Assembly (NCBI GenBank): GCA_964611275.1
Contig: CAZSZS010000172.1
Span: forward strand, 2,399 to 66,398
Direction: 5' to 3'
Origin: an uncultured Eubacteriales bacterium
Lineage (GTDB): Bacteria > Acidobacteriota > Aminicenantia > Aminicenantales > Aminicenantaceae
DNA: 64,000 nucleotides
The notes under the pieces are model-generated. The model did no database searches. It worked only from the letters and a program-made list of their open reading frames with translations, and was not told where the DNA came from. The translations under genes were made by a program, and so were the position numbers. This document shows, one piece after another, positions 19,794 through 29,496 of the stretch. Positions within the stretch are counted from its first letter, which is position 1. Each line of letters opens with the position of its first letter.

Positions 19794-19991
19794 CCTGAAC
19801 TATTCATAAAAAAATGGCGATGAACATTTTTTTGTTTTGATTTTACTTTCATTTTAATCGCCATTTTTTTACCATATAGGCAAGCCGATCTCACTGCATC
19901 TGCTTCGTTACAGGATACTCGCGGTGAAGGACCACAGCTCCGCACCCTGTGCCTCGCATCTGCAGCAACCTCGACTTGTGAATAGGTCAGG
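19794..19991 (+). mobile_element. MITE-like inverted-repeat element, copy 1 (short form, about 198 nt)
   Basis: Terminal inverted repeats CCTGAACTATTCA (19794..19806) and TGAATAGGTCAGG (19979..19991) pair at 12/13 positions. CTAA flanks both sides (19790..19793 and 19992..19995). The 71-nt core 19868..19938 is 60/71 identical to 47349..47419, and the 3' module 19962..19984 is 20/23 identical to 47621..47643. Confidence 0.55.
19808..19870. repeat. perfect 14-bp inverted repeat AAAAAAATGGCGAT / ATCGCCATTTTTTT with a 35-nt spacer, inside element copy 1
   Basis: Read directly. Its shape is that of a bidirectional terminator, lying after the 19119..19697 gene. Confidence 0.85.
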
Positions 19992-20001
19992 CTAAGTGAG
20001 T

Positions 20002-20037
20002 CTGGAGTTCGAGAGCGAAAGCTCCAGTTTCTCTTCC
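20002..20037 (+). terminator. hairpin plus U-rich tract in the leuS leader (possible attenuator or terminator)
   Basis: CTGGAGTT cgagagcgaa AGCTCCAG forms 8 bp including one G-U pair, followed by TTTCTCTTCC. It sits 37 nt upstream of the leuS ATG. Confidence 0.4.
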
Positions 20038-20073
20038 TCAGCTTGCAGGAACGGATGAGTTCAGGATAAGAAC

Positions 20074-22557
20074 ATGAGTAAAAAATACGACTTTGGAAAA
20101 ATCGAAAAAAAATGGCAGGATATCTGGGACCGGGAAAAGAGTTTTGAAGTAAGAGAAGATTCAGGGAAGCCAAAATATTACACACTGGAAATGTATCCCT
20201 ATCCATCCGGACGCATACATATGGGGCATGTAAGGAATTTTTCAATTCTAGATGTCATTTCCCGGTACAAGGTCATGAACGGATATAATGTGCTTCACCC
20301 TATCGGTTGGGACGCTTTTGGAATGCCCGCGGAAAACGCGGCTATAAAAGAGGGTATTCACCCAAGGGAGTGGACCCTTGGTAATATAGCGCATATGAAG
20401 GGCCAGTTAAAGAGATTGGGATTCAGCTATGATTGGTCTAGAGAAGTCAATACCTGTCTTCCCGAATATTACAAATGGAATCAGTGGATCTTCCTGAAGA
20501 TGTTTGAAAAGGGGTTGGCTTTCCGTAAAAAGAGTTCTGTTAATTGGTGCCCCGAGTGCCAGACGGTTCTGGCAAATGAACAGGTGGTCAGCGGGAAGTG
20601 CTGGAGATGTGATGCACAGGTTGAACAAAAACATATGGAGCAGTGGTTTTTAAAAATCACAAAATATGCGGATGAGCTTTTAACAGGTCACAAACAGCTC
20701 AGCAAATGGCCTCAGAGTGCCATCGCCATGCAGAAAAATTGGATCGGGAAAAGCAAAGGCGCTCAATTGTTTTTTAAGGTGTCCGGTTCAGATATCTCTA
20801 TTGAGACTTTCACCACGAGGATAGATACGATATACGGGGCTACTTTTCTGGTGCTTTCTCCTGAACACCCGTTATGCTCAAAACTCATAGAGGGCTCGGA
20901 AGATGAGGATTTCAAACGCCAATGGATCGAGAAACAAATACACAAACAGCGTTTGGGAGAAGAGATTTTGGACGATGAGAAAGAAGGCATTTATACCGGG
21001 AAAACAGCTGTCAATCCATTTACAAAGGAGCCTATCCAGATATGGATAGCCAATTATGTATTGATGGGATACGGGACCGGAGCCATTATGGCGGTCCCTG
21101 CCCATGATGAGAGGGATTTTCAGTTTGCAGAAAAATATTCTCTTCCTGTAAAAGAGGTCATTATGCCAGTAGAAGAGGCTCAGCATGATGAAACAGGCGG
21201 TGTTTTTACAGAGTATGGAAGATTGGTGGATTCAGGGAATTATAGCGGGATGTCAACGCAGCAGGCAATATCAGAGATGACAAAGCACTTACAGGATGAA
21301 AATCTGGGAAAAGAGATGGTGCTGTACAGGCTTAGGGATTGGGGGATTTCCCGTCAGCGTTATTGGGGGACACCCATCCCCATAATTTACTGTAAAAAAT
21401 GCGGTATTGTGAAAGTGCCGTATAAAGACCTGCCTGTGACGTTACCTGCTGATGTTGAGTTTAAAGGGGAAGAAGGCTCACCATTAGAGAAGTCCGAAGA
21501 ATTTGTTACAACAAAGTGTCCTCGATGCAATGGAGGGGCACGGCGCGAAACAGATACCATGGACACCTTTTTTGATTCTTCTTGGTATTATTTTCGTTAT
21601 TGTTCCCCTGACGAAGAAAACTTCCCTTTTAAACCTGAAAAGGGGAAATACTGGCTTCCTGTGGACCTGTATGTGGGCGGAGTCGAGCACGCGATCCTTC
21701 ATCTCATTTACGCCCGGTTTTTTTGTAAGGTTTTACGGGATTTCGGTCTGACGGATATTGACGAGCCCTTTCCCCACTATCTTGCCCAAGGAATGGTGAC
21801 CAAGGATGGATCTGCCATGTCAAAGTCAAGGGGGAATGTTGTTGATCCCGATGACATGGTCAGAAAATACGGGGCTGATACGGTCAGGCTTTTCATTTTA
21901 TTTGCCGCTCCTCCGGAAAAGGAATTTGCTTGGGATGACAAAGGGATTGAAGGTTGTTACAGATTTCTGAACCGTATTTGGATTTTTTTCAGGGAGAACC
22001 TTGGGCTGTTTGAGAAGACCGGAAAAACACAAAGCATTGGCGATGAGGATGATGACCAGGAAAGCGTTATCAAGATAAGGACCCATCAGACTATCAAGAA
22101 GGTAACGGATGATATCGGGGAGAGGTGTCATTTGAATACAGCCATAAGCTCCATAATGGAGTTTTTTAATGAAATGAAAAAGGAGGCGCCTCAACTAAAA
22201 TCAAGTCCTTCCGGTCGAAAAATATTAAAGAAAAGTATGCAGGCACTGCTGAAACTCCTTTCTCCTTTTGCCCCTCATATTTCCGAGGAATTATGGGAGG
22301 CAACAGGTAAGAATACCCGTTTGATTTTGTCTTCGTGGCCCTCCTATGAATCCGGTCTGATTAAGGAAGATACAGTGACCATTGTCGTTCAGGTAAATGG
22401 AAAGCTGAGAGGAAAATTTGAAGCGGAAAGGAACACTCCGGAAGAAAAAATCAAGACTCAAGCCTTGTCACTGGAGCGTGTGAACAAATATTTAAAGAAT
22501 CAAAAACCAAAGAAGATTATACATATTAAAAACAAACTGGTGAATATTGTCATATAA
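20074..22557 (+). CDS. leuS: leucine--tRNA ligase
   Basis: 827 aa with PYPSGRIHMGHVRN (HIGH) and AMSKSRGN (KMSKS). Confidence 0.97.
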   Translation: MSKKYDFGKIEKKWQDIWDREKSFEVREDSGKPKYYTLEMYPYPSGRIHMGHVRNFSILDVISRYKVMNGYNVLHPIGWDAFGMPAENAAIKEGIHPREWTLGNIAHMKGQLKRLGFSYDWSREVNTCLPEYYKWNQWIFLKMFEKGLAFRKKSSVNWCPECQTVLANEQVVSGKCWRCDAQVEQKHMEQWFLKITKYADELLTGHKQLSKWPQSAIAMQKNWIGKSKGAQLFFKVSGSDISIETFTTRIDTIYGATFLVLSPEHPLCSKLIEGSEDEDFKRQWIEKQIHKQRLGEEILDDEKEGIYTGKTAVNPFTKEPIQIWIANYVLMGYGTGAIMAVPAHDERDFQFAEKYSLPVKEVIMPVEEAQHDETGGVFTEYGRLVDSGNYSGMSTQQAISEMTKHLQDENLGKEMVLYRLRDWGISRQRYWGTPIPIIYCKKCGIVKVPYKDLPVTLPADVEFKGEEGSPLEKSEEFVTTKCPRCNGGARRETDTMDTFFDSSWYYFRYCSPDEENFPFKPEKGKYWLPVDLYVGGVEHAILHLIYARFFCKVLRDFGLTDIDEPFPHYLAQGMVTKDGSAMSKSRGNVVDPDDMVRKYGADTVRLFILFAAPPEKEFAWDDKGIEGCYRFLNRIWIFFRENLGLFEKTGKTQSIGDEDDDQESVIKIRTHQTIKKVTDDIGERCHLNTAISSIMEFFNEMKKEAPQLKSSPSGRKILKKSMQALLKLLSPFAPHISEELWEATGKNTRLILSSWPSYESGLIKEDTVTIVVQVNGKLRGKFEAERNTPEEKIKTQALSLERVNKYLKNQKPKKIIHIKNKLVNIVI

Positions 22558-22569
22558 AGGGATAAAAGC

Positions 22570-23079
22570 ATGAGAAAATATGGTGTTTTTTTAGTACTGT
22601 GTTCCTTCCTGTGCAGCTGCGGGTATCACCTGCGCGGGACAGGAAGTTCTCTTCCCCCGCATATCAAAAAAATACAGGTGCCTATGTTTAAAAACGCCAC
22701 CTCCCGCTTTGAACTGGATGTGAAGCTCACGCAGAGTGTGATAGATGAGCTTGTTACCAGGGGGAAAGTTGAGATCACGGATAATATAGAATCAGCTGAT
22801 GCTGTGCTCATAGGCGAGATCACTTCTTTCAGGGTCAACCCCATAGCCTTTTCAGGGACCACCACCGCAGACAGATATAACATCACCATTGTCGCCAAGA
22901 TCACATTAAGGGATCTGGTGGAGGATCAGGTGTTTTTTTCAAATCCGAATTTTATCTATCAAAAAGAATATGAAGTGGAAGAAGGCCTGGATTTTGAGAC
23001 TGTTGAGTCAGGAGCTATAGAAGAAATATCAGAGATGTTTGCCCGGAGTCTTGTCATCATGATACTGGAGGGCTTTTAG
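22570..23079 (+). CDS. lptE: LPS-assembly lipoprotein LptE
   Basis: 169 aa with lipobox FLCSC followed by GYHLRG. It occupies the canonical leuS-lptE-holA position. Confidence 0.8.
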   Translation: MRKYGVFLVLCSFLCSCGYHLRGTGSSLPPHIKKIQVPMFKNATSRFELDVKLTQSVIDELVTRGKVEITDNIESADAVLIGEITSFRVNPIAFSGTTTADRYNITIVAKITLRDLVEDQVFFSNPNFIYQKEYEVEEGLDFETVESGAIEEISEMFARSLVIMILEGF

Positions 23080-23083
23080 AAAA

Positions 23084-24184
23084 GTGCGTTCTGTTTCCAA
23101 AGGAAATATCTTCAATGAAGATAATCTAGAGAGGGCTTATTTTTTTTACGGGGAAGATGCTTATCCGGCATGGCAGTTTATTGAAGACATAAAGAGTGCC
23201 TTACCGGGCTGGGACCAGGATGAAGTAGTTGTGGAGAAATATGAGCTGGGAACCGAAACATGGGCTGATATCATTGATTCAGCGAGGACAATGCCCCTGT
23301 TGTCGTCTTCAGTACGGCTGGTTGTGGTTGAGGTTCCATCCCGCAACAAAGAGAATGTTCCCAGAGAAGAAGAGAACCTTTCTTCCGGTGAAGGAGAATT
23401 GTTAAAGGCCTACCTTGCTTCCCCGTCTGAAAAGACCGTAATGGTCATCATCTTCAACCAGAAGATCAAAGGCGGTTCTCCTTTAGTCAAGTTTTTTCAG
23501 GCACTGCCAAAGGAATACATCCGGATAAAAGAGCTCAGAGCTTTAAAGGGAATACAAATAAAAAACTGGGTCAGAGAGAGAGTCAGGAGCGAGGAAAAAG
23601 AGATAGATGGGTATGCCTGCACAAGACTGGTCGAGCTTGCAGGTAATGACCTGAGAAGGTTAAGTAATGAAATCAATAAGCTGGTAACGTTTGCAGGGGA
23701 AAAAACCCATATCAGCTTGGAAGATGTTGAACTGGTCTCGGGTTGGGTCAAACCGTTGATAGATTGGGAGATCATAAATAGCCTGGAAGAAGCTGATTAT
23801 CAGAAGTGCCTTCTCACTCTGGATAAGCTTTTAAGAAAAGAAAGTATCCATCCGGTTGTCATTATGGACAAAATCCATGGTTTTTTTAATGATATTCTTC
23901 TTGCAAAACTGCGGATACAAGAGGGGAACAAAGATAATGTGTCCATTTTTAAAGAAATCAAACCTTATTTGCCAAAAAAATATAAGGATCTGTATCAAAG
24001 AAAATTCAAACAGGTCTTTCGGTTTGCCGAGCGTGTTTCCATTCAGGAGTTAAGACACTTCATAGAGCAGCTCAAGGATATTGACATAAAAATAAAGTCA
24101 ACAAGCCTTTCTTTTCATGAACTGATGGATGGATTCCTTTTTGATTACTGCAACAGAAGAGCGGGGGAAAAGAAATTATTTTGA
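23084..24184 (+). CDS. holA: DNA polymerase III subunit delta
   Basis: 366 aa with a GTG start. Family resemblance (YFFYGEDAY, LRRLSNEINKL) plus synteny. Confidence 0.8.
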   Translation: MRSVSKGNIFNEDNLERAYFFYGEDAYPAWQFIEDIKSALPGWDQDEVVVEKYELGTETWADIIDSARTMPLLSSSVRLVVVEVPSRNKENVPREEENLSSGEGELLKAYLASPSEKTVMVIIFNQKIKGGSPLVKFFQALPKEYIRIKELRALKGIQIKNWVRERVRSEEKEIDGYACTRLVELAGNDLRRLSNEINKLVTFAGEKTHISLEDVELVSGWVKPLIDWEIINSLEEADYQKCLLTLDKLLRKESIHPVVIMDKIHGFFNDILLAKLRIQEGNKDNVSIFKEIKPYLPKKYKDLYQRKFKQVFRFAERVSIQELRHFIEQLKDIDIKIKSTSLSFHELMDGFLFDYCNRRAGEKKLF

Positions 24185-24445
24185 AGGTATGGACGAAACC
24201 TGTCTGTTAAGCCTTGACTTATAGCGGCTGGCCGTATTTTTATGGATAGCTCCTTTTTTTGCTGTCCTATCTATCAGAGAAAAGGTTTCATGTAAAAGCT
24301 CGAGAGCTTCCTTTTTATCTTTTTTTTCGACAGCAGCTCTTAGTCTTTTTATCTGCTTTCTGAGAATTGATTTGTTTCTCCTGTTCGTAGCGCGCCTTCG
24401 GAGACTCTGCCTCCTGTGCTTCTCTGCTGATTTATGTTGGGCCAT
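24176..24445 (-). CDS. rpsT: 30S ribosomal protein S20
   Basis: 89 aa beginning MAQHKSAEKHRRQSLRRRATNRRNKS. Confidence 0.95.
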   Translation of the reverse strand: MAQHKSAEKHRRQSLRRRATNRRNKSILRKQIKRLRAAVEKKDKKEALELLHETFSLIDRTAKKGAIHKNTASRYKSRLNRQVSSIPSK

Positions 24446-24549
24446 TTGTTTCTCCTATAGAAAATAGGTTGTGTATGATAGAATATCTTTAATGAATTGT
24501 CAACTCATTATGAAGGCAACTGGAGCCGCACGCTCTCATATTATGAAGA

Positions 24550-26136
24550 ATGGATGATAAAAGCAACCGCAAATTATTGAGGTCTACGTTTGCCGTTTCT
24601 ATCCCCACCTTGCTGAGCCGTATCCTCGGATACTTGAGGGATATGATTCAGGCTTTTTTTCTCGGAACAGGAACGAGCGCCGATGCGTTCACGATCGCAT
24701 ATATAATCCCGAATCTGCTGAGGCGGTTGACCGCAGAAGGAGCCATGACATCAGCCTTTATTCCTGTCTTTTCCAAACTAAAAAAAGAGGAAAAAAAAGA
24801 AAAACTGTGGCAATTTGCCAATGTGTTCTTCTTCGACTTGACTCTTGTCATGGCGGTCCTGGTTGTCCTGGGCATTCTTTTTTCACCTCTTCTTGTCAAG
24901 GTCATTGCCTTTGGATTTGAAGATATCCAGGGAAAGATGGCGCTTACCGTCTTCCTCACCAGAATCATGTTTCCCTACATTTTTTTAGTGAGCCTTGCAG
25001 CTCTGGCCATGGCGATTTTAAACTCATTCCATAAGTTCTTTGTGCCTGCTTTGACACCTGTTTTGTTCAATATTTGCATCATAACAGCCGCAGCCCTGTT
25101 TGCGGCCCGCAGCAAGGAACCGGCTGTGGTGTTTGCGGTAGGCGTGGTGGCGGGAGGAGCGGCACAGCTTGGATTTCAGATCCCCTTTTTATGGAAGAAG
25201 GGGATGCGGTTCACGCCCGCGCTTTCCTTGAGGCACCCTGCAGTCCGAAGGGTGGTCAAGTTGATGATTCCCGGAATATTCGGTGCGGGTATCTATCAGA
25301 TAAATTTTGCTTTGAGCCGGATGATCGCCTCCACTCTTGAGGAAGGTTCCGTTTCTTCTCTCTATTATTCGTCAAGGGTCCAGGAATTGACTCTGGGGCT
25401 TTTTTCCATTGCTCTTTCCATAGCTCTGTTGCCCACGTTTTCCGATCTTGTGGCATCAAAAGATTATTCCGGAATGAAAAGAATCCTGTCCTTTTCTTTA
25501 AGGGCTATAAATTTTGTGACGATTCCGGCAATGATAGGGTTGATGGTGCTGAGCCGGCCTATTATACATATTCTGTATCAGAGAGGGCATTTCGATGCTG
25601 AGTCCACAGCGATGACAGCCTCCTGTCTTCTGTTTTTCTCATTCAGCCTTCCCTTCATATCCGGAGTAAAGATCATATCTCCTGCCTTTTATTCTTTAAA
25701 GGACACCAAGACTCCTGCCATCGTTGCCTTTTTTGTTATGATCCTTTATATTTCTTTATCGGTTCTCCTGATGGGGCCTATGAGAGTTGGAGGGATCGCC
25801 CTGGCTCTCTCTATTGCAGCCCTCTTCAATTTTATTGTCCTCTTTTATCTGCTGGAAAAAAAGATAGGTCAGGTGGAGAAAAAGAGAGTCATGATATCCG
25901 CTTTTAAGTCTGCATCAGCCGCTGCGGTAATGGGATTTTCAGTGTGGGCTTTCTTTTATTCTTTTTCCTTTTATGATATGAATTTTTTGAACAAAGTGCT
26001 CTTTTTTGCAGGCACTATTTTTCTTGGAGCAGCAGTTTATCTGGGGTTAAGCCTTGTATTCAATAAGGAAGAACTTAAGGCGTTCAGATTGATCTTTTCC
26101 AAGAAAAAAATCAAAAGGGTCAAGGAGTCACAGTGA
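24550..26136 (+). CDS. murJ: lipid II flippase MurJ (MviN)
   Basis: 528 aa polytopic protein with LLSRILGYLRDMIQAFFLGTGTSADAF. Confidence 0.9.
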   Translation: MDDKSNRKLLRSTFAVSIPTLLSRILGYLRDMIQAFFLGTGTSADAFTIAYIIPNLLRRLTAEGAMTSAFIPVFSKLKKEEKKEKLWQFANVFFFDLTLVMAVLVVLGILFSPLLVKVIAFGFEDIQGKMALTVFLTRIMFPYIFLVSLAALAMAILNSFHKFFVPALTPVLFNICIITAAALFAARSKEPAVVFAVGVVAGGAAQLGFQIPFLWKKGMRFTPALSLRHPAVRRVVKLMIPGIFGAGIYQINFALSRMIASTLEEGSVSSLYYSSRVQELTLGLFSIALSIALLPTFSDLVASKDYSGMKRILSFSLRAINFVTIPAMIGLMVLSRPIIHILYQRGHFDAESTAMTASCLLFFSFSLPFISGVKIISPAFYSLKDTKTPAIVAFFVMILYISLSVLLMGPMRVGGIALALSIAALFNFIVLFYLLEKKIGQVEKKRVMISAFKSASAAAVMGFSVWAFFYSFSFYDMNFLNKVLFFAGTIFLGAAVYLGLSLVFNKEELKAFRLIFSKKKIKRVKESQ

Positions 26137-26570
26137 AAGTCGTCCTACAAAGAGTTAAAAAGGCTCAAGTCAGGGTAAGGGGAGAAGTAACCGGAGGAAT
26201 AGAAAGAGGGCTCTGCCTTCTTGTCGGTGTCGAAAAAGGCGACACAGAAAAAGATGCTCATTATCTGGCAGACAAAATATCGGGGTTGAGAATATTTCCT
26301 GACAGTAAGGGAAAAATGAACCTGTCTCTGCAGGAGACAGGAGGGAAAATTCTGGCCGTATCACAATTCACTCTTGCCGGTTCTGTAAGGAAGGGCAGAA
26401 GGCCTAGCTTTGATCGGGCTGAGAAGCCCGAACAGGCAGAGGAACTCTTTGATTGCTTTGTGGCTCAGCTGCGGGAGAAGAGTATTCAAACGGAAACAGG
26501 GATTTTCGGGGAAGTGATGGACATCTATCTGGTAAATGACGGACCGGTTACATTTATTATTTCGAGCTAG
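26133..26570 (+). CDS. dtd: D-aminoacyl-tRNA deacylase
   Basis: 145 aa with MKVVLQRV, SQFTLAG and a 4-nt overlap with murJ. Confidence 0.9.
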   Translation: MKVVLQRVKKAQVRVRGEVTGGIERGLCLLVGVEKGDTEKDAHYLADKISGLRIFPDSKGKMNLSLQETGGKILAVSQFTLAGSVRKGRRPSFDRAEKPEQAEELFDCFVAQLREKSIQTETGIFGEVMDIYLVNDGPVTFIISS

Positions 26571-27793
26571 ACCATTTCCAGGATATGGCCCATTTTTTCT
26601 TTTTTCGTTTTCAGGTATTTGAAGTTAGTATCATTAGGAGGGATTTCAATCGGGACCCTGTCCACTATTTCAAGTCCGTATCCTGATAAGCCGATGAATT
26701 TTCTCGGATTGTTGGTTATGAGTCTCAGTTTGGTGATTCCGAGAGAAACCAGTATTTGAGCTCCGATCCCATAGTCTCTCTGATCAGGTTTAAATCCGAG
26801 CTTCCTGTTAGCCTCAACCGTGTCTTCTCCCTTTTCCTGTATGGCATAGGCTTTTATTTTATTCACAAGCCCGATGCCGCGGCCTTCATGGTTCAGGATG
26901 TAGAGGATCACGCCTTTTCCCTGTTTTTCAATCATTTTCATGGAAAGTTGGAGCTGTTCGCCGCAGTCGCACCGTTTGGAATGAAACGTATCTCCGGTGA
27001 GACACTGGGAATGGGCTCTAACGAGAATGGGTTCACCTTTTTTAATTTCCCCTTTTATTAACACTACGTGATGTTCGTTATAAATGGTGTCTTCGAATAT
27101 CATGATCTTGAAATGGCCGTATTTTGTGGGAAGGTCAGCCTCTTCGATTTTTTTCACGTGGATCTCATGTTGCATTCTGTATTTGATAAGATCCGCTATG
27201 GTCACTATCGGGATATCAAAGGTCTCACTGAATTTTTCCAGCTCCGCTCTCCGGGCCATTGTACCGTCTTCGTTCATTATTTCGCAGATAACACCGGCAG
27301 GGGTCAGTCCGGCCAGACGGGCCATGTCAACAGAAGCCTCTGTTTGTCCCGCTCTTTTCAGCACCCCTCCTTCTTTAGCCTGTAAGGGGAAAATATGTCC
27401 GGGCCGCACAAGGTCGGCTGGTTTGGCTCCGGGATCTGTGGCTTTGAGAACAGTACGGGCTCTGTCATAGGCAGAGATACCCGTGGTGATGCCCTCTTTT
27501 GCATCGATCGAGACGGTGAACGCCGTCTTAAAAGGGGCGGTATTGGATGGGACCATCTGAGGAAGGTCAAGTTCCTTGAGCCTGTCTTTAGTGAGAGAGA
27601 GACAGATAAGGCCTCTTGCGTTTTTGGCCATGAAGTTGATGATGTCTGGAGTGACTTTTTCAGCCGCACAGGTCAGATCTCCTTCGTTCTCCCTGTCTTC
27701 GTCATCAACAATGATGATGAGCTTTCCTTCTTCAATGGTTTTTATGGCTTTCTCTACGGAAGAAACGGCTGATTGTTTTTGCATGTATGGCAA
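26567..27793 (-). CDS. ribBA: bifunctional 3,4-dihydroxy-2-butanone-4-phosphate synthase / GTP cyclohydrolase II
   Basis: 408 aa with [11 protein letters not shown] and HSQCLTGD...CDCG...EGRGIGL. Confidence 0.93.
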   Translation of the reverse strand: MPYMQKQSAVSSVEKAIKTIEEGKLIIIVDDEDRENEGDLTCAAEKVTPDIINFMAKNARGLICLSLTKDRLKELDLPQMVPSNTAPFKTAFTVSIDAKEGITTGISAYDRARTVLKATDPGAKPADLVRPGHIFPLQAKEGGVLKRAGQTEASVDMARLAGLTPAGVICEIMNEDGTMARRAELEKFSETFDIPIVTIADLIKYRMQHEIHVKKIEEADLPTKYGHFKIMIFEDTIYNEHHVVLIKGEIKKGEPILVRAHSQCLTGDTFHSKRCDCGEQLQLSMKMIEKQGKGVILYILNHEGRGIGLVNKIKAYAIQEKGEDTVEANRKLGFKPDQRDYGIGAQILVSLGITKLRLITNNPRKFIGLSGYGLEIVDRVPIEIPPNDTNFKYLKTKKEKMGHILEMV

Positions 27794-27796
27794 TCC

Positions 27797-28399
27797 TTAT
27801 TCAGTGTTCTTTTTGTATCTAACTGAGTAATTATACACATATTTACCAATAATGTCACATTCAATGTTGACATCACAGCCTGTTTTCAAATCAGATAAAT
27901 TGGTATGCTCCAGGGTGATGGGAATGACCTCTACCTCCAGATGATTGTTTTTCACAGAAGCTATGGTGAGACTGATTCCATCCACGGCGACTGAGCCTTT
28001 GGGTATGAGGTAGGGGCTTAATTCGTGAGGAAATCTTATGGTGATCCGTTTCCCCTTCTTCCGGGCTTCGGTTTTAATAACTCTCCCTTTTTCATCGATA
28101 TGGCCGGTAACCAAATGACCGCTGAGAGGATCCGACAGGGTCAAGGGAGTCTCCAGATTCAAAAGGTCATCCCTGCGCAAAGAGCCTAATGTGGTTTTTG
28201 TCAGGGTTTCCGGTGACAGATTAAAAGAGAGCAGGTCTTTTTTCTTTTTGATGAGGCTCAGACAGACGCCGTTAATTGAGAGGCTGTCGCCGATCTTTAT
28301 ATGGGGGGCCACAGTGGGAGCGGCAAGGGCCATCTCCTGTTTCCCCAGTGAATAAGCTTTAAACCGTCCTGTATGCTTTATGATACCTGTAAACATCAT
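27797..28399 (-). CDS. ribE: riboflavin synthase (alpha chain)
   Basis: 200 aa with MFTGII and a duplicated lumazine-binding repeat ([10 protein letters not shown] / [10 protein letters not shown]). Confidence 0.9.
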   Translation of the reverse strand: MMFTGIIKHTGRFKAYSLGKQEMALAAPTVAPHIKIGDSLSINGVCLSLIKKKKDLLSFNLSPETLTKTTLGSLRRDDLLNLETPLTLSDPLSGHLVTGHIDEKGRVIKTEARKKGKRITIRFPHELSPYLIPKGSVAVDGISLTIASVKNNHLEVEVIPITLEHTNLSDLKTGCDVNIECDIIGKYVYNYSVRYKKNTE

Positions 28400-29496
28400 A
28401 AATATCCTTGAATAATGATATCATCCCCTATCTTTAATGTATTCATTTTTTTCAGTTTCAAAGATTTATTAATGGTCTCTGCCCCTTTTCCCTGATAAAA
28501 ACAGGGAGCACTTTTGCCGCCAATTAATTTCGGGGAAACGGAGACAATCACTTTGTCTACAGTTTTGGATTCAAGCATATGTGTGTGGAGCACAGTGCCA
28601 CCTTCAACAAGCACGCTGGATATTTGGTTTTTTCCCAGCCAGGCAAGCGCTTTTTTCATGTTGACTTTGCCGTTTTCTTGCGCAATGGTTATGACCTTTA
28701 CCCCTTTTTTCTGTAAAGCGTCTTTTTTTTCTTGAGGAAATGTCTTGAGTGTAAAAATGACCACTTCTCCTTCTGATAGAGTGGTGAGTATCTTTGACTG
28801 AAGCGGAATGCGGAGATTTGAGTCCAGAATGACCCTGGTAATGGTTTTTCCGGGCCAGCCCGGATGCCTTACTGTCAACCTGGGGTCATCTTTCAGTACA
28901 GTGTTTATTCCTACCATTATGGCATCGTGTTCCCCTCTTATAAGGTGCATGTATTTTCTTGTTTGGGAAGATGAAATCCACTTGGAAGCATGTGTTTTTG
29001 TGGCTGTTTTTCCATCCATGCTCAGTGCTGTTTTTAAGGTTATAAAAGGGATCCCGGACCGGATGTATTTTATATAAGCCTCATTGAGTCGGTTGTTTTT
29101 CTCTTCAAGCAGGCCCAAAGAGACTTGGATCCCCGCTTGTTTCATCCTTTCTATGCCTTTCCCGTTAACCAGGGGATTGGGGTCTATGGATGATACGACT
29201 ATTCTTTTGAGTTGGGCACTGATGATTTTATCAATACAGGGGGGTGTTCTCCCCCAGTGCACACAGGGTTCCAGATTTATGTAAGCGGTTGCCTTTTTGG
29301 CTCTGGATCCTGCTTTTTCCAGGGCTGCAGCTTCGGCATGGGGTTTTCCAGGCTTCTCATGATAGCCGTGACCGACAATGATTCCGTTTTTCACTATGAC
29401 TGCCCCAACATAAGGATTAGGGCTTGCCCAGCCGATTGCTTTCTCAGCAAGAGCATAACACATTTGCAGGTAGGATAGATCTTTATGAACATTCAT
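28396..29496 (-). CDS. ribD: bifunctional diaminohydroxyphosphoribosylaminopyrimidine deaminase / 5-amino-6-(5-phosphoribosylamino)uracil reductase
   Basis: 366 aa with the HAEAAAL...PCVHWGRTPPC deaminase zinc motif. Confidence 0.92.
   Translation of the reverse strand: MNVHKDLSYLQMCYALAEKAIGWASPNPYVGAVIVKNGIIVGHGYHEKPGKPHAEAAALEKAGSRAKKATAYINLEPCVHWGRTPPCIDKIISAQLKRIVVSSIDPNPLVNGKGIERMKQAGIQVSLGLLEEKNNRLNEAYIKYIRSGIPFITLKTALSMDGKTATKTHASKWISSSQTRKYMHLIRGEHDAIMVGINTVLKDDPRLTVRHPGWPGKTITRVILDSNLRIPLQSKILTTLSEGEVVIFTLKTFPQEKKDALQKKGVKVITIAQENGKVNMKKALAWLGKNQISSVLVEGGTVLHTHMLESKTVDKVIVSVSPKLIGGKSAPCFYQGKGAETINKSLKLKKMNTLKIGDDIIIQGYL

Noticed and set aside
19921-19938. SRP (4.5S) RNA domain IV-like string GCGGTGAAGGACCACAGC.
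   Set aside because: This is only a loose match to the GGAAGGAAGCAGC motif. There is no long helical partner, and the string is present twice in 28 kb inside a repeat.
19868-20073. T-box leader upstream of leuS.
   Set aside because: I could not find the conserved T-box sequence (AAnnnGGGTGGTACCGCG-like) or a specifier-loop arrangement. In addition, the conserved part of the leader recurs upstream of trkH, which a tRNA-Leu-specific T-box would not.
19790-20245. 151-aa minus-strand ORF spanning the leuS start and the repeat element.
   Set aside because: It overlaps the unambiguous leuS 5' end and translates repeat and hairpin DNA. No RBS or recognisable domain is present.
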